NCBI GenBank assembly: GCA_038888155.1
Contig: JAWAJB010000001.1
Span: 320,001 to 384,000, forward strand
From: Desulfurococcaceae archaeon
GTDB taxonomy: Archaea > Thermoproteota > Thermoprotei_A > Sulfolobales > Desulfurococcaceae
Length of the DNA: 64,000 bases
Direction of reading: 5' to 3'
The position numbers and the translations under genes are program-made. Positions 18,780-27,855 of the stretch are shown in pieces (position 1 is the first letter of the stretch; every line of letters begins with the position of its first letter). The notes under the pieces were generated by a model. The model was not told the DNA's origin and ran no database searches. It worked only from the letters and a program-made list of their open reading frames with translations.

Positions 18780-18780
18780 A
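18451..18780 (+). CDS. rpl12: 50S ribosomal stalk protein L12/P1 (true start possibly ATA at 18460)
   Basis: EYVYATLLL..AGKEINEENL, Ala/Pro hinge and acidic tail GFSSLFG. Confidence 0.96.
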   Translation: MINIEYVYATLLLYKAGKEINEENLKHVLEAAGVAVDEIRVKSLVAAVKNIDIAKVLEQVLAAPVSAAPVSAAPQQAPAPAEKKEEEKKEESKELSEEALAEGFSSLFG

Positions 18781-18918
18781 TCTAGTATGTTTTTACGCTG
18801 ATACAAAGGCGGCGCACTCACGCCGCGTAGAAACCTTTAACTGCGTCAAGGCGCTGGGCATCTTTCCTCAGCAATAAATATTTTAAATGCACTATATAAC
18901 TTGCTTTATGGGATTACT

Positions 18919-21648
18919 ATGGATATAGGTGTGAACTACGACTACCTAAGAGTGAACTACAATTACAGCAGGTATAAGTGCAAAAATTGCGGGGAGTATT
19001 TCTGGAGTAGAGTTCCTAGGGACACATGTCCAGATCGACCGTGCAGTAAGTACGAGTTCCTATTCAAGGAATACAGGGGAGTTTATTCCCTCTCTATAAG
19101 CGATACTAGACAAAAATTCATTGATTTTCTCGTTAGGAGAGGCCATGGGGTAGTTCAGCCCTACCCAGTCTTAGCCAAGTGGAGAAACGACCTATACTTG
19201 ACAATAGCGTCTATAATTGTATTTCAGCCTTCAGTTACAGACGGCTTGGTTGATCCCCCCTACAATCCGCTAGTTGTAGTTCAACCTTCAATAAGGCTAA
19301 CTGACATCGACAATGTAGGATTGACTTTTGGAAGGCACCTCTCGAGCTTTGAAATGGGCGGAATGCACGCCTTTAACAAGCAGGGTAAAGTAATCTATTG
19401 GTCAGATGGGATATTGGAGAACACAATAGACTTCTTTACTAATGAAATCGGCGTAGAATTAGACGACTTAGTTTTCAAAGAGGGGTGGTGGGAGGGCGGC
19501 GGTAATGCCGGCCCCGCGCCAGAAGTTCTCATAGACGGCTTAGAGGTCGCGACACTAGTTCACATGGCGTACAAAGTAGTGAATGGGCAGCGCGAGCCCA
19601 ACCCCATACTAGTAGTTGACTGCGGCTATGGCATTGAGAGGATCGCTTGGTTTACACAGAAAACGCCTACAGGTTTCCACTCCATATACGGAGGTCTAGT
19701 CAAAAGATACAAGGATATCTTAGGAGTTGAAGAGCCCCCCTACGACATATTGAAGAACGCTGTATACGAGCTCAGCAACGCGGAAATTAGCGACATGAAC
19801 GACTTCGTGAAGCGAATACGCCAACTAGGACTAGAGGAGCGCATCAAAGACTTCTTAAATGCCATTTACCTTTACAGCACTCTTGACCACGTAAGAACGG
19901 CTGAGTTGATGTTAGCCGATGGAGCAGTTCCCTCCAACACTGGCGAGGGCTACTTAGTGAGGCTTATAATTCGAAGGCTCCTGAGAAACTTAGTTAAAAT
20001 GGGCGTTGAACACTACAACTTGCCTAAGGTGGTAGTAGCACTAGCAGAGGAGCAGGCGAAGTACTGGAAAAACGACTACATTTACGACAAGTTCAGCAAG
20101 CACGTAGACTACATAGCCGATGTGCTTGAAACTGAGGCAAATAAGTTCACGAACACAGTAATCCGCGGTATAGAGGTAGTTGAGAAAATTATCAAGAGAA
20201 AGAAGACTATCAGCGGAAATGACCTCGCCGAGCTATACGACTCTCATGGGATTCCTCCAGAGTTCGTAGCAGAGAGAGCGATGTCTTACGGCGTGCACGT
20301 AGAGATCCCGCGAGATTTCTACTCAATGATTGCCTCAAAGCACTCCTCTCCTCGCGCTTTAGCCAAGGAGAAAGAGCACGTCCTCTCAGAGGTTGTGTCT
20401 GAGTGGGCTGCAGGATTTAACAAGACGCGCGCGGCTTTCCACGAAAGCCCGTACACTACAAGCGCTCGCGCTAGGGTTCTAGGCGTAAGGGACAACAACG
20501 TAATCCTCGACGTCACTATAGCTTACCCGTGGGGAGGGGGACAGGATCACGACGTAGGTATTATAAGGCACGGCAGCCAAGACTACAAAATAACATATGT
20601 GGGAAAAGTTGGAGACGTTATAGTCCACGCGTTGGAGAGGCCTCCTCTGTTTAAACCGGGAGATGAAGTAGTGATTGAGATAGATTGGGAGAGGAGGTAC
20701 AAGCTCATGAAACACCACACAGCGACGCACATCGTCCTAGCTGCAGCTAGAAAGGTTCTCGGAGAGCACGTCTGGCAGGCAGGCGCTGAGAAAACTACAG
20801 AGAAGGCCCGCCTTGATATAACTCACCACAAATCGATAACAGAGGAAGAGCTGAAAAGAATAGAGGATCTCGCGAACGACATCGTTGCAAGCAGGTTGGA
20901 TTTGAAGTTTTGCTACGCTGACAGATTTAAAGCCGAGGAAACTTATGGGCCTAGAATCTACCAAGGAGGGGCAGTGTATTCGCCCCTGCTCAGAGTAGTT
21001 GAGATACCTGGGTGGGATGCACAGGCCTGTTTCGGCACGCACGTTTACAACACATCTGAAGTAGGCGGAATAAAGATCATAAAGTCAGAGAGAATACAGG
21101 ACGGCGTTATAAGGCTGGAGTTCATCGCTGGAATTAAGCTAGTCGAGTACATTAGGGAGCTCGAAGCCCAGAGAGAGGAAGCTCTAGCTGCAATTAACGT
21201 TAAAGACCGAGATATTGTAGCTGCTGTCAAAAAGCTGTACGCAAGCTATGTAGATCAAGACCGCCTGTTAAACACGTATAGGGAGGTTCTCAGCAAAATG
21301 GTCGTCGAAAAGGCCCTAGCAGAGAGAACGGATATCTGTGGAACTGCTGTATCTTATGTAGAGCTTCCACTTAGAGACGAGAAGCTAATTAAAGATATAG
21401 TAGAGGAGCTGTCATTTAAGAACAAGACTCTAGTGGCAATAGCGGCTGGGGATAGCATAGAGCTTTCAATAGACCCTGCTAGGGCCAAGGAATTAAAACT
21501 TGACTTAAGGGACATTATACAGCATTTAGCCAAGTACGAAGTTAAAGGAGGGGGAAAGGAAGATCATGTCTTCTTGAAGACTGCTAGCAAAATAAGCAAG
21601 GAAGATGTCTTAGGCGCCGTTAAAAACCTCATATGCGCCCAGAGATGA
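18919..21648 (+). CDS. alaS: Alanine--tRNA ligase
   Basis: Archaeal N-terminal CKNC..C...C, LTIASIIVFQP, DCGYGIER, editing-domain HHTATH and CFGTH. Confidence 0.96.
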   Translation: MDIGVNYDYLRVNYNYSRYKCKNCGEYFWSRVPRDTCPDRPCSKYEFLFKEYRGVYSLSISDTRQKFIDFLVRRGHGVVQPYPVLAKWRNDLYLTIASIIVFQPSVTDGLVDPPYNPLVVVQPSIRLTDIDNVGLTFGRHLSSFEMGGMHAFNKQGKVIYWSDGILENTIDFFTNEIGVELDDLVFKEGWWEGGGNAGPAPEVLIDGLEVATLVHMAYKVVNGQREPNPILVVDCGYGIERIAWFTQKTPTGFHSIYGGLVKRYKDILGVEEPPYDILKNAVYELSNAEISDMNDFVKRIRQLGLEERIKDFLNAIYLYSTLDHVRTAELMLADGAVPSNTGEGYLVRLIIRRLLRNLVKMGVEHYNLPKVVVALAEEQAKYWKNDYIYDKFSKHVDYIADVLETEANKFTNTVIRGIEVVEKIIKRKKTISGNDLAELYDSHGIPPEFVAERAMSYGVHVEIPRDFYSMIASKHSSPRALAKEKEHVLSEVVSEWAAGFNKTRAAFHESPYTTSARARVLGVRDNNVILDVTIAYPWGGGQDHDVGIIRHGSQDYKITYVGKVGDVIVHALERPPLFKPGDEVVIEIDWERRYKLMKHHTATHIVLAAARKVLGEHVWQAGAEKTTEKARLDITHHKSITEEELKRIEDLANDIVASRLDLKFCYADRFKAEETYGPRIYQGGAVYSPLLRVVEIPGWDAQACFGTHVYNTSEVGGIKIIKSERIQDGVIRLEFIAGIKLVEYIRELEAQREEALAAINVKDRDIVAAVKKLYASYVDQDRLLNTYREVLSKMVVEKALAERTDICGTAVSYVELPLRDEKLIKDIVEELSFKNKTLVAIAAGDSIELSIDPARAKELKLDLRDIIQHLAKYEVKGGGKEDHVFLKTASKISKEDVLGAVKNLICAQR

Positions 21649-21708
21649 AAAGAGGCACTGAAGTTAAATATATATTTTCCCATAAACAGTAAACTAATAA
21701 AGACCGCA

Positions 21709-21802
21709 GGGCCCGTCGCCTAGCCAGGACAGGGCGCCGGCCTTCTAAGCTGGCCGGTGCGAGGCTAGCCGGAGGACCCGGGTTCAAATCCCGGCGGGCC
21801 CG
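21709..21802 (+). tRNA. tRNA-Arg(TCT) with a 19-nt intron at 37/38 (21748-21766)
   Basis: Acceptor stem GGGCCCG/CGGGCCC, anticodon stem CCGGC/GCCGG around CT-TCT-A, T arm CCGGG-TTCAAAT-CCCGG. Bulge-helix-bulge with CTTC/GAGG central helix. TATA-like element at about 21664. CCA is not encoded. Confidence 0.95.
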
Positions 21803-22091
21803 CTGTCCTTAAGCTACCAGCAAGCCTGTACTTGAACTCACATTGGAAAAAATAAACAAGCGGGCTCCTTAGTTGCGAAGTTAGAGCCTCTGGCATGCGC
21901 TTTTATCTGGCCCTTAAGAGGGACCTTGGGGGGTGCTTTGCCGAGCGCGTGAGGTAGGTTAACCGCTGTTGTTCCCTCCTTGCAGCTTGCTTGTGATTAT
22001 GATAATTTAAGGGGGGCGAGCTTTAGTTCACGCGCTCGCGCGTTACTACTCGCTTAATGCAGCTGAGGCTCGTTGACAGCTCTATAGTTCT

Positions 22092-22778
22092 TCAGATGTA
22101 AACGCTTTTGGTCGCTTTAAATCTAGCTGTCCAGTCCAGTAGCGTTCTCTTCTGTAGCTGCGGGATGGGGTGTTCCAACGTTTTCTCTGCAAATACTCTT
22201 GTGCCCTGTTGTTTAACGGGGTGCTTCACGAGATCGGCCAATATCCACTTATTTTTTCGCGTAAGCTTTACAATTACCTTCACTAGGTGGTGGTGTAGGC
22301 TACCGCCCTCGGGCATGTAGTAGCCGAAGTTTGATAGGCTGTTAAATAACAACACCCTGTTGGAAAGGGCCAGCCTGCCTATTATTCCTGTGATCTCTGT
22401 TGCCACAGTGTACTTTGAGGGGTTTTTGGGCAAGTACCTATAGGGGAACACTAAGAGCACCGTTGACCTCTGCACCTTCAAGAGCTCCTTGAGTATGTTC
22501 AATGTCTCTTTCAGCCTAAAGGCCCTCGAGATAAATATGCTGTCTGGCTTGCAATCGAGCACTCTGCAGAGCCTCGCGAAGTAGAGCGTGTCTATGCCGC
22601 CAAACTCCACGTTGAAAACAACGTGGACTGCGTTGTCCCTGCTTCTATAAACCATAGCGTAGTGCATCACGCGTAGCACTGCGTTACTATCCCCGTAGAG
22701 CTCTACAATCCAGCGCTCATCTATTGGCTCCAACAGCTCGTCAATAGGCTTAACGCCAGTTAGCCCCAAAGCTATCAT
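22092..22778 (-). CDS. Catalytically degenerate RadA/RecA-fold protein associated with PolB2
   Basis: RecA-like LTGVKPIDELL, IVELYGDS (P-loop GKT lost), IFISRAF and GGSLHHHLVKVIVKL..LVKHP; adjacent to polB2. Confidence 0.75.
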   Translation of the reverse strand: MIALGLTGVKPIDELLEPIDERWIVELYGDSNAVLRVMHYAMVYRSRDNAVHVVFNVEFGGIDTLYFARLCRVLDCKPDSIFISRAFRLKETLNILKELLKVQRSTVLLVFPYRYLPKNPSKYTVATEITGIIGRLALSNRVLLFNSLSNFGYYMPEGGSLHHHLVKVIVKLTRKNKWILADLVKHPVKQQGTRVFAEKTLEHPIPQLQKRTLLDWTARFKATKSVYI

Positions 22779-22804
22779 CTACTTTAGCAGAGCTCCCTAA
22801 AACT

Positions 22805-22823
22805 TGGAGAGGAGGCCGAAAGT
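22805..22823 (-). promoter_or_regulatory. Putative damage-response element upstream of the radA-like gene (ACTTTCGGCCTCCTCTCCA)
   Basis: 14/19 identical to the element upstream of polB2; contains ANTTTC. Confidence 0.5.
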
Positions 22824-22881
22824 AAGGCTAAGACCCTAGTGCTTAAATGCCCAGCGCAGTTGAGCTTTACATAGGGAGCTA

Positions 22882-23115
22882 ATGGGCCGCAACACACCTT
22901 CACTGAGAATAGTTGTCCGCGAGTATGTTGCTAGGTTAAGCAAGATAGCCGAGGTCTTGCCTCCTAGCGAAAAGAAGCTGTTTGATTGCTACCTCGAGGA
23001 CTTAGAGTCTACGCTATCGATATGCATGCACACGGGGGTAGCAGACCCAGTTGAGGTCTTCTTAGTGCACTTAATTCGCAAACTAAGTTATTTCGAGAAG
23101 TGCCGCGAGGAGTAG
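22882..23115 (+). CDS. Small helical protein typically encoded next to archaeal PolB2
   Basis: N-terminal MGRNTPSLR signature, AGGGAG RBS; directly upstream of polB2. Confidence 0.8.
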   Translation: MGRNTPSLRIVVREYVARLSKIAEVLPPSEKKLFDCYLEDLESTLSICMHTGVADPVEVFLVHLIRKLSYFEKCREE

Positions 23116-23140
23116 TTTCGGCGACCACTTCATTAAATAA
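23114..23140 (+). promoter_or_regulatory. Putative damage-response element plus TATA box of polB2 (AGTTTCGGCGACCACTTCA-TTAAATAA)
   Basis: ANTTTC core; the TATA-like element ends about 25 nt before the TTG start, consistent with a leaderless transcript. Confidence 0.55.
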
Positions 23141-23164
23141 AGTGCGCGTTAGTAAGGGCTACCC

Positions 23165-25072
23165 TTGAGTAGAGTGTGGCTACTGGACGCTTTTACTAAA
23201 AATGACGGTAGCGTAGCGTTTACGCTATACAACGAGGAAGACAGAACTGTAGAGGAGCGCCAAGCATCGCTGTGCTTCTATGGGTACATAGTAGCGAAAA
23301 GCCCTCAAGCTGTAGCTATGGAGTTAGAGAGCTTAGACGGCGTTGAGGGCGCCTGGGTTGAGGAGTGGAGAGCCCCTCCATACTACACTAATACATTAAG
23401 CGTAGTAGTGTTTAAGACAAAGAACTACGGGTTGCTCGAGAGGCTCATAAAGACAAGTGCCCTTAGAGGACTACAGGTAGTGAACACTTTTCCCCACCCG
23501 CTAGTAGAGGCTCTACGCAGAGCTGAGATCCGCCCTTTGCTGAAGCTTAGGGGCTGGAGGAGAGGGCTACCGGTGATGGCGCCTTGGGACTTCTCCGACG
23601 AGGACCCTGCGATAAGCTATGCGACTATCAGCTACGAGAGCGGCTACTACGTGCTTGAGACAGCTAGCGATAGAGAGCTATTTTGGGATCTCGGCGACCT
23701 AGCTAGTAGCGTCCTGTCGGGGAGGTTCTGCTTAGGGTTCAGCGATCCCCATATTTTCATTAAACTCGTAGAGCTCGAGCCCAGAGTCGCCTCAAGCGTT
23801 TACAGGTGGATTACTGGAGGGACTTTTAATCCCTCAGAGTACTTTATGTGGAGTAGACTCAGTTACACTCCCCTGAGCCTAATGAACAACGTAACAATAG
23901 GGAGAGTGCTTACTACTCTCGAAGCTTTAGTAGCTAGAGGTAAGCGATTTATCGTTGACAAATCTCACGGCAGGGAAGAGCCTTGGAGGAGTATGAGGGA
24001 TCTCCTAGTTAACGACAGGGGCGGAGTGGTCTACCAGCCCAAGCCTGGGCTCTACTGGAACGTGTGCCAGGTAGACTTCAAGAGCCTATACCCTAGCATA
24101 ATTGTCAAGTACAACGTGTCTGGGGAGACCGTCGATAGGCGCCCGTGTAACAATGCGCTAGAGCTCCCCTGGACGCCCCACAGGGTCTGCGCAGATGAGG
24201 AAGGCGTTGTTCCAGCCAGCATTAAAGAGCTACTCAACGCTAAGGAGCTCTACGAATTTCTCGCTAAGAAGACCAAGCTACCTCTATACGAGCACAGGAG
24301 GAGGGCCGTAAAGTGGATTCTAGTTGCTAGTTTCGGGTACCTCGGCTACAGGAACAGCTTGTTTGGCTCAATAATGGCGCACGAAGTAGTAACTAGCACT
24401 AGCCGCGAGGTGTTGAAGCGAGCTAGAGTTATAGCTGAGAGATACGGCTATAGGGTTATACACGCTATAGTGGACAGCGTCTTCATCGTTGGAGTGAAAG
24501 CGAAAGAGGACTGCGAATGCATTAAGGAGAAAATAGAAGAGGGGACGGGTTTTAAAGCTAAAGTTGAGGCGCACTACAAGTGGCTCTACATACCCCACTG
24601 CGTTGAGGGGCTCGGCGGGGCATCTAACAAGTACTACGGCTTGATCTCAGACGGCTCAAGGAAGATCAAGGGTATACTCGCTATTCGCAGGGACACGCCC
24701 TTGCTTGTAAAGAGAGCGCAACTAGAGGCCTTAGAGAAGCTCTTCGCAGCTGAGTTACCCGAGGAAATGCGCGCTAAGCTGGAGGAAGCACACAGGGTAA
24801 TAGACTCCTACGCAAAATTGCTAGAGCGGGGCACAGTTGATCCCAAAATGCTCGTGGTCTCTAGGGGCAGCGGAGAGCGAGATTATAAGAGTCCTCCAAA
24901 TTACGCCTTGGAGTCAGCTCCGCCCTTTAGGCTTCTCTACGCGTCAAGCAGGTTAGTGCCTTTTAGTGAGGAAATTCTAGGGAATGTAGATACCTATAAA
25001 TATATCGACCTCTTGGAGAAAGCAAGAGGAGAACTACCGCTTAGAGAGGAGGTTGTCGCAGCTAGGCATTAG
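23165..25072 (+). CDS. polB2: Family B DNA polymerase of the PolB2/Dpo2 group (no recognizable proofreading motifs)
   Basis: Motif A VDFKSLYPSII, motif B KWILVASFGYLG, motif C altered to HAIVDS (canonical YGDTDS), plus NKYYG and KGI..RRD. Confidence 0.9.
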   Translation: MSRVWLLDAFTKNDGSVAFTLYNEEDRTVEERQASLCFYGYIVAKSPQAVAMELESLDGVEGAWVEEWRAPPYYTNTLSVVVFKTKNYGLLERLIKTSALRGLQVVNTFPHPLVEALRRAEIRPLLKLRGWRRGLPVMAPWDFSDEDPAISYATISYESGYYVLETASDRELFWDLGDLASSVLSGRFCLGFSDPHIFIKLVELEPRVASSVYRWITGGTFNPSEYFMWSRLSYTPLSLMNNVTIGRVLTTLEALVARGKRFIVDKSHGREEPWRSMRDLLVNDRGGVVYQPKPGLYWNVCQVDFKSLYPSIIVKYNVSGETVDRRPCNNALELPWTPHRVCADEEGVVPASIKELLNAKELYEFLAKKTKLPLYEHRRRAVKWILVASFGYLGYRNSLFGSIMAHEVVTSTSREVLKRARVIAERYGYRVIHAIVDSVFIVGVKAKEDCECIKEKIEEGTGFKAKVEAHYKWLYIPHCVEGLGGASNKYYGLISDGSRKIKGILAIRRDTPLLVKRAQLEALEKLFAAELPEEMRAKLEEAHRVIDSYAKLLERGTVDPKMLVVSRGSGERDYKSPPNYALESAPPFRLLYASSRLVPFSEEILGNVDTYKYIDLLEKARGELPLREEVVAARH

Positions 25073-25248
25073 CAATTAACTGACCACTTTCTCCTTTGAG
25101 CGAAAAAGTTTTAATATAGACCGCGCGATCGCGCGAAGAGCTAGAGCGCCTCGAGCTGTAAGCCTAAGTAAAATTGGCTCTGGAAAACGCGAGGGATTTC
25201 AGGGTATTTTAAGGGAGAAAGAAAAATAACCAATAACAAGGTGATAGT

Positions 25249-25428
25249 GTGCCCAGCGCCGTAGATCCCGTGTGCGGAATGACAGTCGACACTGAGAAGT
25301 CGAAGTATAAGTCCATATATAAGGGCGTAATTTACCACTTCTGTAGCAAGTACTGTAAGAGTGAGTTTGATCAGAACCCTGAGCGATATTTAATGGGCGG
25401 CCCTAAGGGGATGCCAGAGCGCACGTAA
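25249..25428 (+). CDS. YHS/TRASH-domain metallochaperone (59 aa, not in ORF track)
   Basis: Manual translation MPSAVDPVCGMTVDTEKSKYKSIYKGVIYHFCSKYCKSEFDQNPERYLMGGPKGMPERT; GGTGA RBS; immediately upstream of copA. Confidence 0.92.
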   Translation: MPSAVDPVCGMTVDTEKSKYKSIYKGVIYHFCSKYCKSEFDQNPERYLMGGPKGMPERT

Positions 25429-25449
25429 TGTAAACTTTAGGGATTCAAG

Positions 25450-27855
25450 TTGAAAAAAGAGAAAATCAAGATCATCGGCGTAGACTGCCCTACCTGCATT
25501 CTATCTATTCAAAGAAGCCTCCAGAGGGTTAACGGCTTCCGCTCAATTAACGTTGATATCTCAACTGGGGAGTCAACTATCGTCCACGATGAAAGCTGTA
25601 GCTTAAGGGATATTTACAGGGCCATTAGGGATGCAGGGTATGACATATACAAAGAGGTAGTCGTTCTATTCCTGCCTGATCTTGCCGAGGATCAATACAC
25701 TCGCGTTGAATCTGCGTTGATGAATGAACGGGGCGTAATCGAGGTCAAGGTCTCTGTAGTCAGCAAATTAGTCAAAGTGGCATACAACCCTTTCTCTTTA
25801 TCTAAGGGCGACGTAGTTGAGTCCCTAAGAAGGATGGGGTTAAAGCCAGTAGAGTCTCTAGACAAGGATGCTCAGGGCAAGTTCACCAATTTCACGCCCT
25901 ACCGCCGAGTTGTAGGGTTTGTGCTTGGATCCGCGGTTTTGCTCCTTGGCATGTCGTCAATGAGCTTGAGCCCTTATATAGGCAACATTGAGTTGCTTTT
26001 AGTTTCCGCAACAGTAGCAGTGTTGCTCCTCGGGTACGATATTCTCATGAGGGGCTTGAAGGGCCTCGCCAGAGGATCGCCAGTAATGGATTCGCTAATT
26101 GCGTTTTCCACTATTTCAACATTTTCAGCTGGACTGTTGGCGCATCTAGGTATATACGATTTTGGTCACTTATTACACGCTTCGTCCTTTCTTGAGGCTT
26201 CAGCGGGTATTATGGGCTTTACAAGCATAGGTAGGTACTTAGAGGAGCGATTAAAGAGGAGAGCATTTAAATCTCTAGAGGAACTAGCCAACTCTATTTA
26301 CGGCAGAGCGAGAGTAGTTACTGAAAACCAACTTATTGAGAGGCCTGTTAGCGAAGTCGTCCCAGGAGAAGTCGTAGAGGTAAAGAGCGGCGAGTTCATC
26401 CCAGTGGATGGCATTGTAGTTGAGGGAGAGGGCTACGTGGATGAGTCCACCTTCACGGGCGAATCCCTCCCCGCTCTAAAGAAGAGCGCGAGTAGAGACC
26501 CCGTCCTCGCCGGCAGCATCTTAGTGAGCGGGTACTTAAGGGTGAGAACAACTAGAGCGTCCAAGGATACACTGCTGTACTACATAGTCGAGACGGTCAA
26601 GGAAGCCCAGTTTTACAAGCCCTCCATATCTAGGCTGGCCGACAGAGTTGTAGGTGTTTTCACTTGGATTGTTATAGGCATAGCTATACTCACTCTCCTC
26701 TATTGGTGGATATTGAGGGGCAGTCTAGAAATGGGCGTAATCTTCACGGCGGCAGTCCTCACGGTCGCCTGTCCATGTGCGCTTGGGTTGGCTATCCCCA
26801 TGGCTGTCTCTATAGCAGTGCTTAGAGCGTCTAGGAGGGGCGTCTTAATACGCGCTGGTGACGTCTTCGAGAGAATAGTTAAGGGCAACTCAATTATCTT
26901 CGATAAAACTGGGACTCTCACTGTTGGCAAGCCCGTTTTAGTGGAGATCCACAAGGCGAAAAACATCGACACGGGCAAACTAATGAAATATATTTGCGGC
27001 GTAGAGTCTAAGAGCGAACACGCTATCTCCAAGGCTATAGTGGAGTACTGTAGCTCTCGAGGAATTGAGCTATACTCTGACGGCGTAGACTACGAGTACT
27101 TCCCTGGAATGGGCGTGATTGGCGGAATAAAGGACGTTGGGAAGGTAGTAATAGGGAATGCAGAGTTGCACAGCAAAATGGGCATAGATCTAAACGGCGA
27201 AGTCCTAGAGAGAGTTAGAGATATAGGCAGGAGGGGGAGAACTCCTGTCATTGTGTCGTTTAACTCTGAGGTAGAGGCAGTTTTAGAGGTAGGCGACAGG
27301 CTGAGAGAGGACGCACAAGCTGTAATCAAAGAGCTAAAGAAAAGGGGGTACAGAGTTGGAATAGCTAGCGGCGACATCAAGGAGAGCGTAGAGTATTACG
27401 CAGGGCTGTTAGGAGTTGACTTCTATTACTATGGACTAAAGCCAGATGAGAAAGCAGATTTAATAAAAGATCTTTTGTCTAAAGGAGTTAGAACCATATA
27501 CGTAGGCGACGGCATAAACGACGCTGTCGCTATAACCTCCTCTTACCTCGGCGTAGCAATGGGGGGAGGCTCTGATGTATCAAAGGAAGCCGGAGACGCA
27601 ATACTAGCAAGCAACAGGCTCTCAGATATAATCTTTATGATCGAGCTAAGCGGAGCAGTGAGAGGGATATCCCTTCAAAACCTACTGTGGGCACTCGTGT
27701 ACAACGTGCTTATGATCCCGCTTGCTGCAGGAGCAGCTTTTTACACGTATGGGCTGTTCATTAGGCCGGAGCTAGCCGCGCTAGCAATGATCCTTAGCGA
27801 TATAAGTGTTGTCTCTAACTCTCTCAGGATCTTAGCTAAAAACCTTACTTTATGA
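25450..27855 (+). CDS. copA: Cu(+)-translocating P1B-type ATPase
   Basis: HMA motif DCPTC, TGES, CPC, DKTGTLT, GDGINDA, YN and MILS(D). Confidence 0.94.
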   Translation: MKKEKIKIIGVDCPTCILSIQRSLQRVNGFRSINVDISTGESTIVHDESCSLRDIYRAIRDAGYDIYKEVVVLFLPDLAEDQYTRVESALMNERGVIEVKVSVVSKLVKVAYNPFSLSKGDVVESLRRMGLKPVESLDKDAQGKFTNFTPYRRVVGFVLGSAVLLLGMSSMSLSPYIGNIELLLVSATVAVLLLGYDILMRGLKGLARGSPVMDSLIAFSTISTFSAGLLAHLGIYDFGHLLHASSFLEASAGIMGFTSIGRYLEERLKRRAFKSLEELANSIYGRARVVTENQLIERPVSEVVPGEVVEVKSGEFIPVDGIVVEGEGYVDESTFTGESLPALKKSASRDPVLAGSILVSGYLRVRTTRASKDTLLYYIVETVKEAQFYKPSISRLADRVVGVFTWIVIGIAILTLLYWWILRGSLEMGVIFTAAVLTVACPCALGLAIPMAVSIAVLRASRRGVLIRAGDVFERIVKGNSIIFDKTGTLTVGKPVLVEIHKAKNIDTGKLMKYICGVESKSEHAISKAIVEYCSSRGIELYSDGVDYEYFPGMGVIGGIKDVGKVVIGNAELHSKMGIDLNGEVLERVRDIGRRGRTPVIVSFNSEVEAVLEVGDRLREDAQAVIKELKKRGYRVGIASGDIKESVEYYAGLLGVDFYYYGLKPDEKADLIKDLLSKGVRTIYVGDGINDAVAITSSYLGVAMGGGSDVSKEAGDAILASNRLSDIIFMIELSGAVRGISLQNLLWALVYNVLMIPLAAGAAFYTYGLFIRPELAALAMILSDISVVSNSLRILAKNLTL

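Noticed and set aside
18817-18872. Possible minus-strand C/D sRNA between rpl12 and alaS (CTGAGGA...TTGA...GTGA)
   Set aside because: All boxes are degenerate, there is no credible C' box, and I recognised no target.
22791-22880. 9-bp inverted repeat AGCTCCCTA/TAGGGAGCT in the divergent radA-like/small-gene gap
   Set aside because: It is largely explained by RBS-like AGGGAG sequence in front of each divergent gene and is too short to call an element end.
23123-25089. 8-bp direct repeat GACCACTT flanking polB2, as a possible target-site duplication
   Set aside because: The repeat is short, there are no terminal inverted repeats or transposase/casposase, and the left copy is part of the promoter motif.
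25141-25338. 65-aa minus-strand ORF upstream of copA
   Set aside because: It overlaps the clearly real plus-strand YHS/TRASH gene and its promoter.
21803-27855. Integrated element at tRNA-Arg carrying polB2 and copA
   Set aside because: No integrase, no att duplication of the tRNA and no viral or plasmid hallmark genes were seen.
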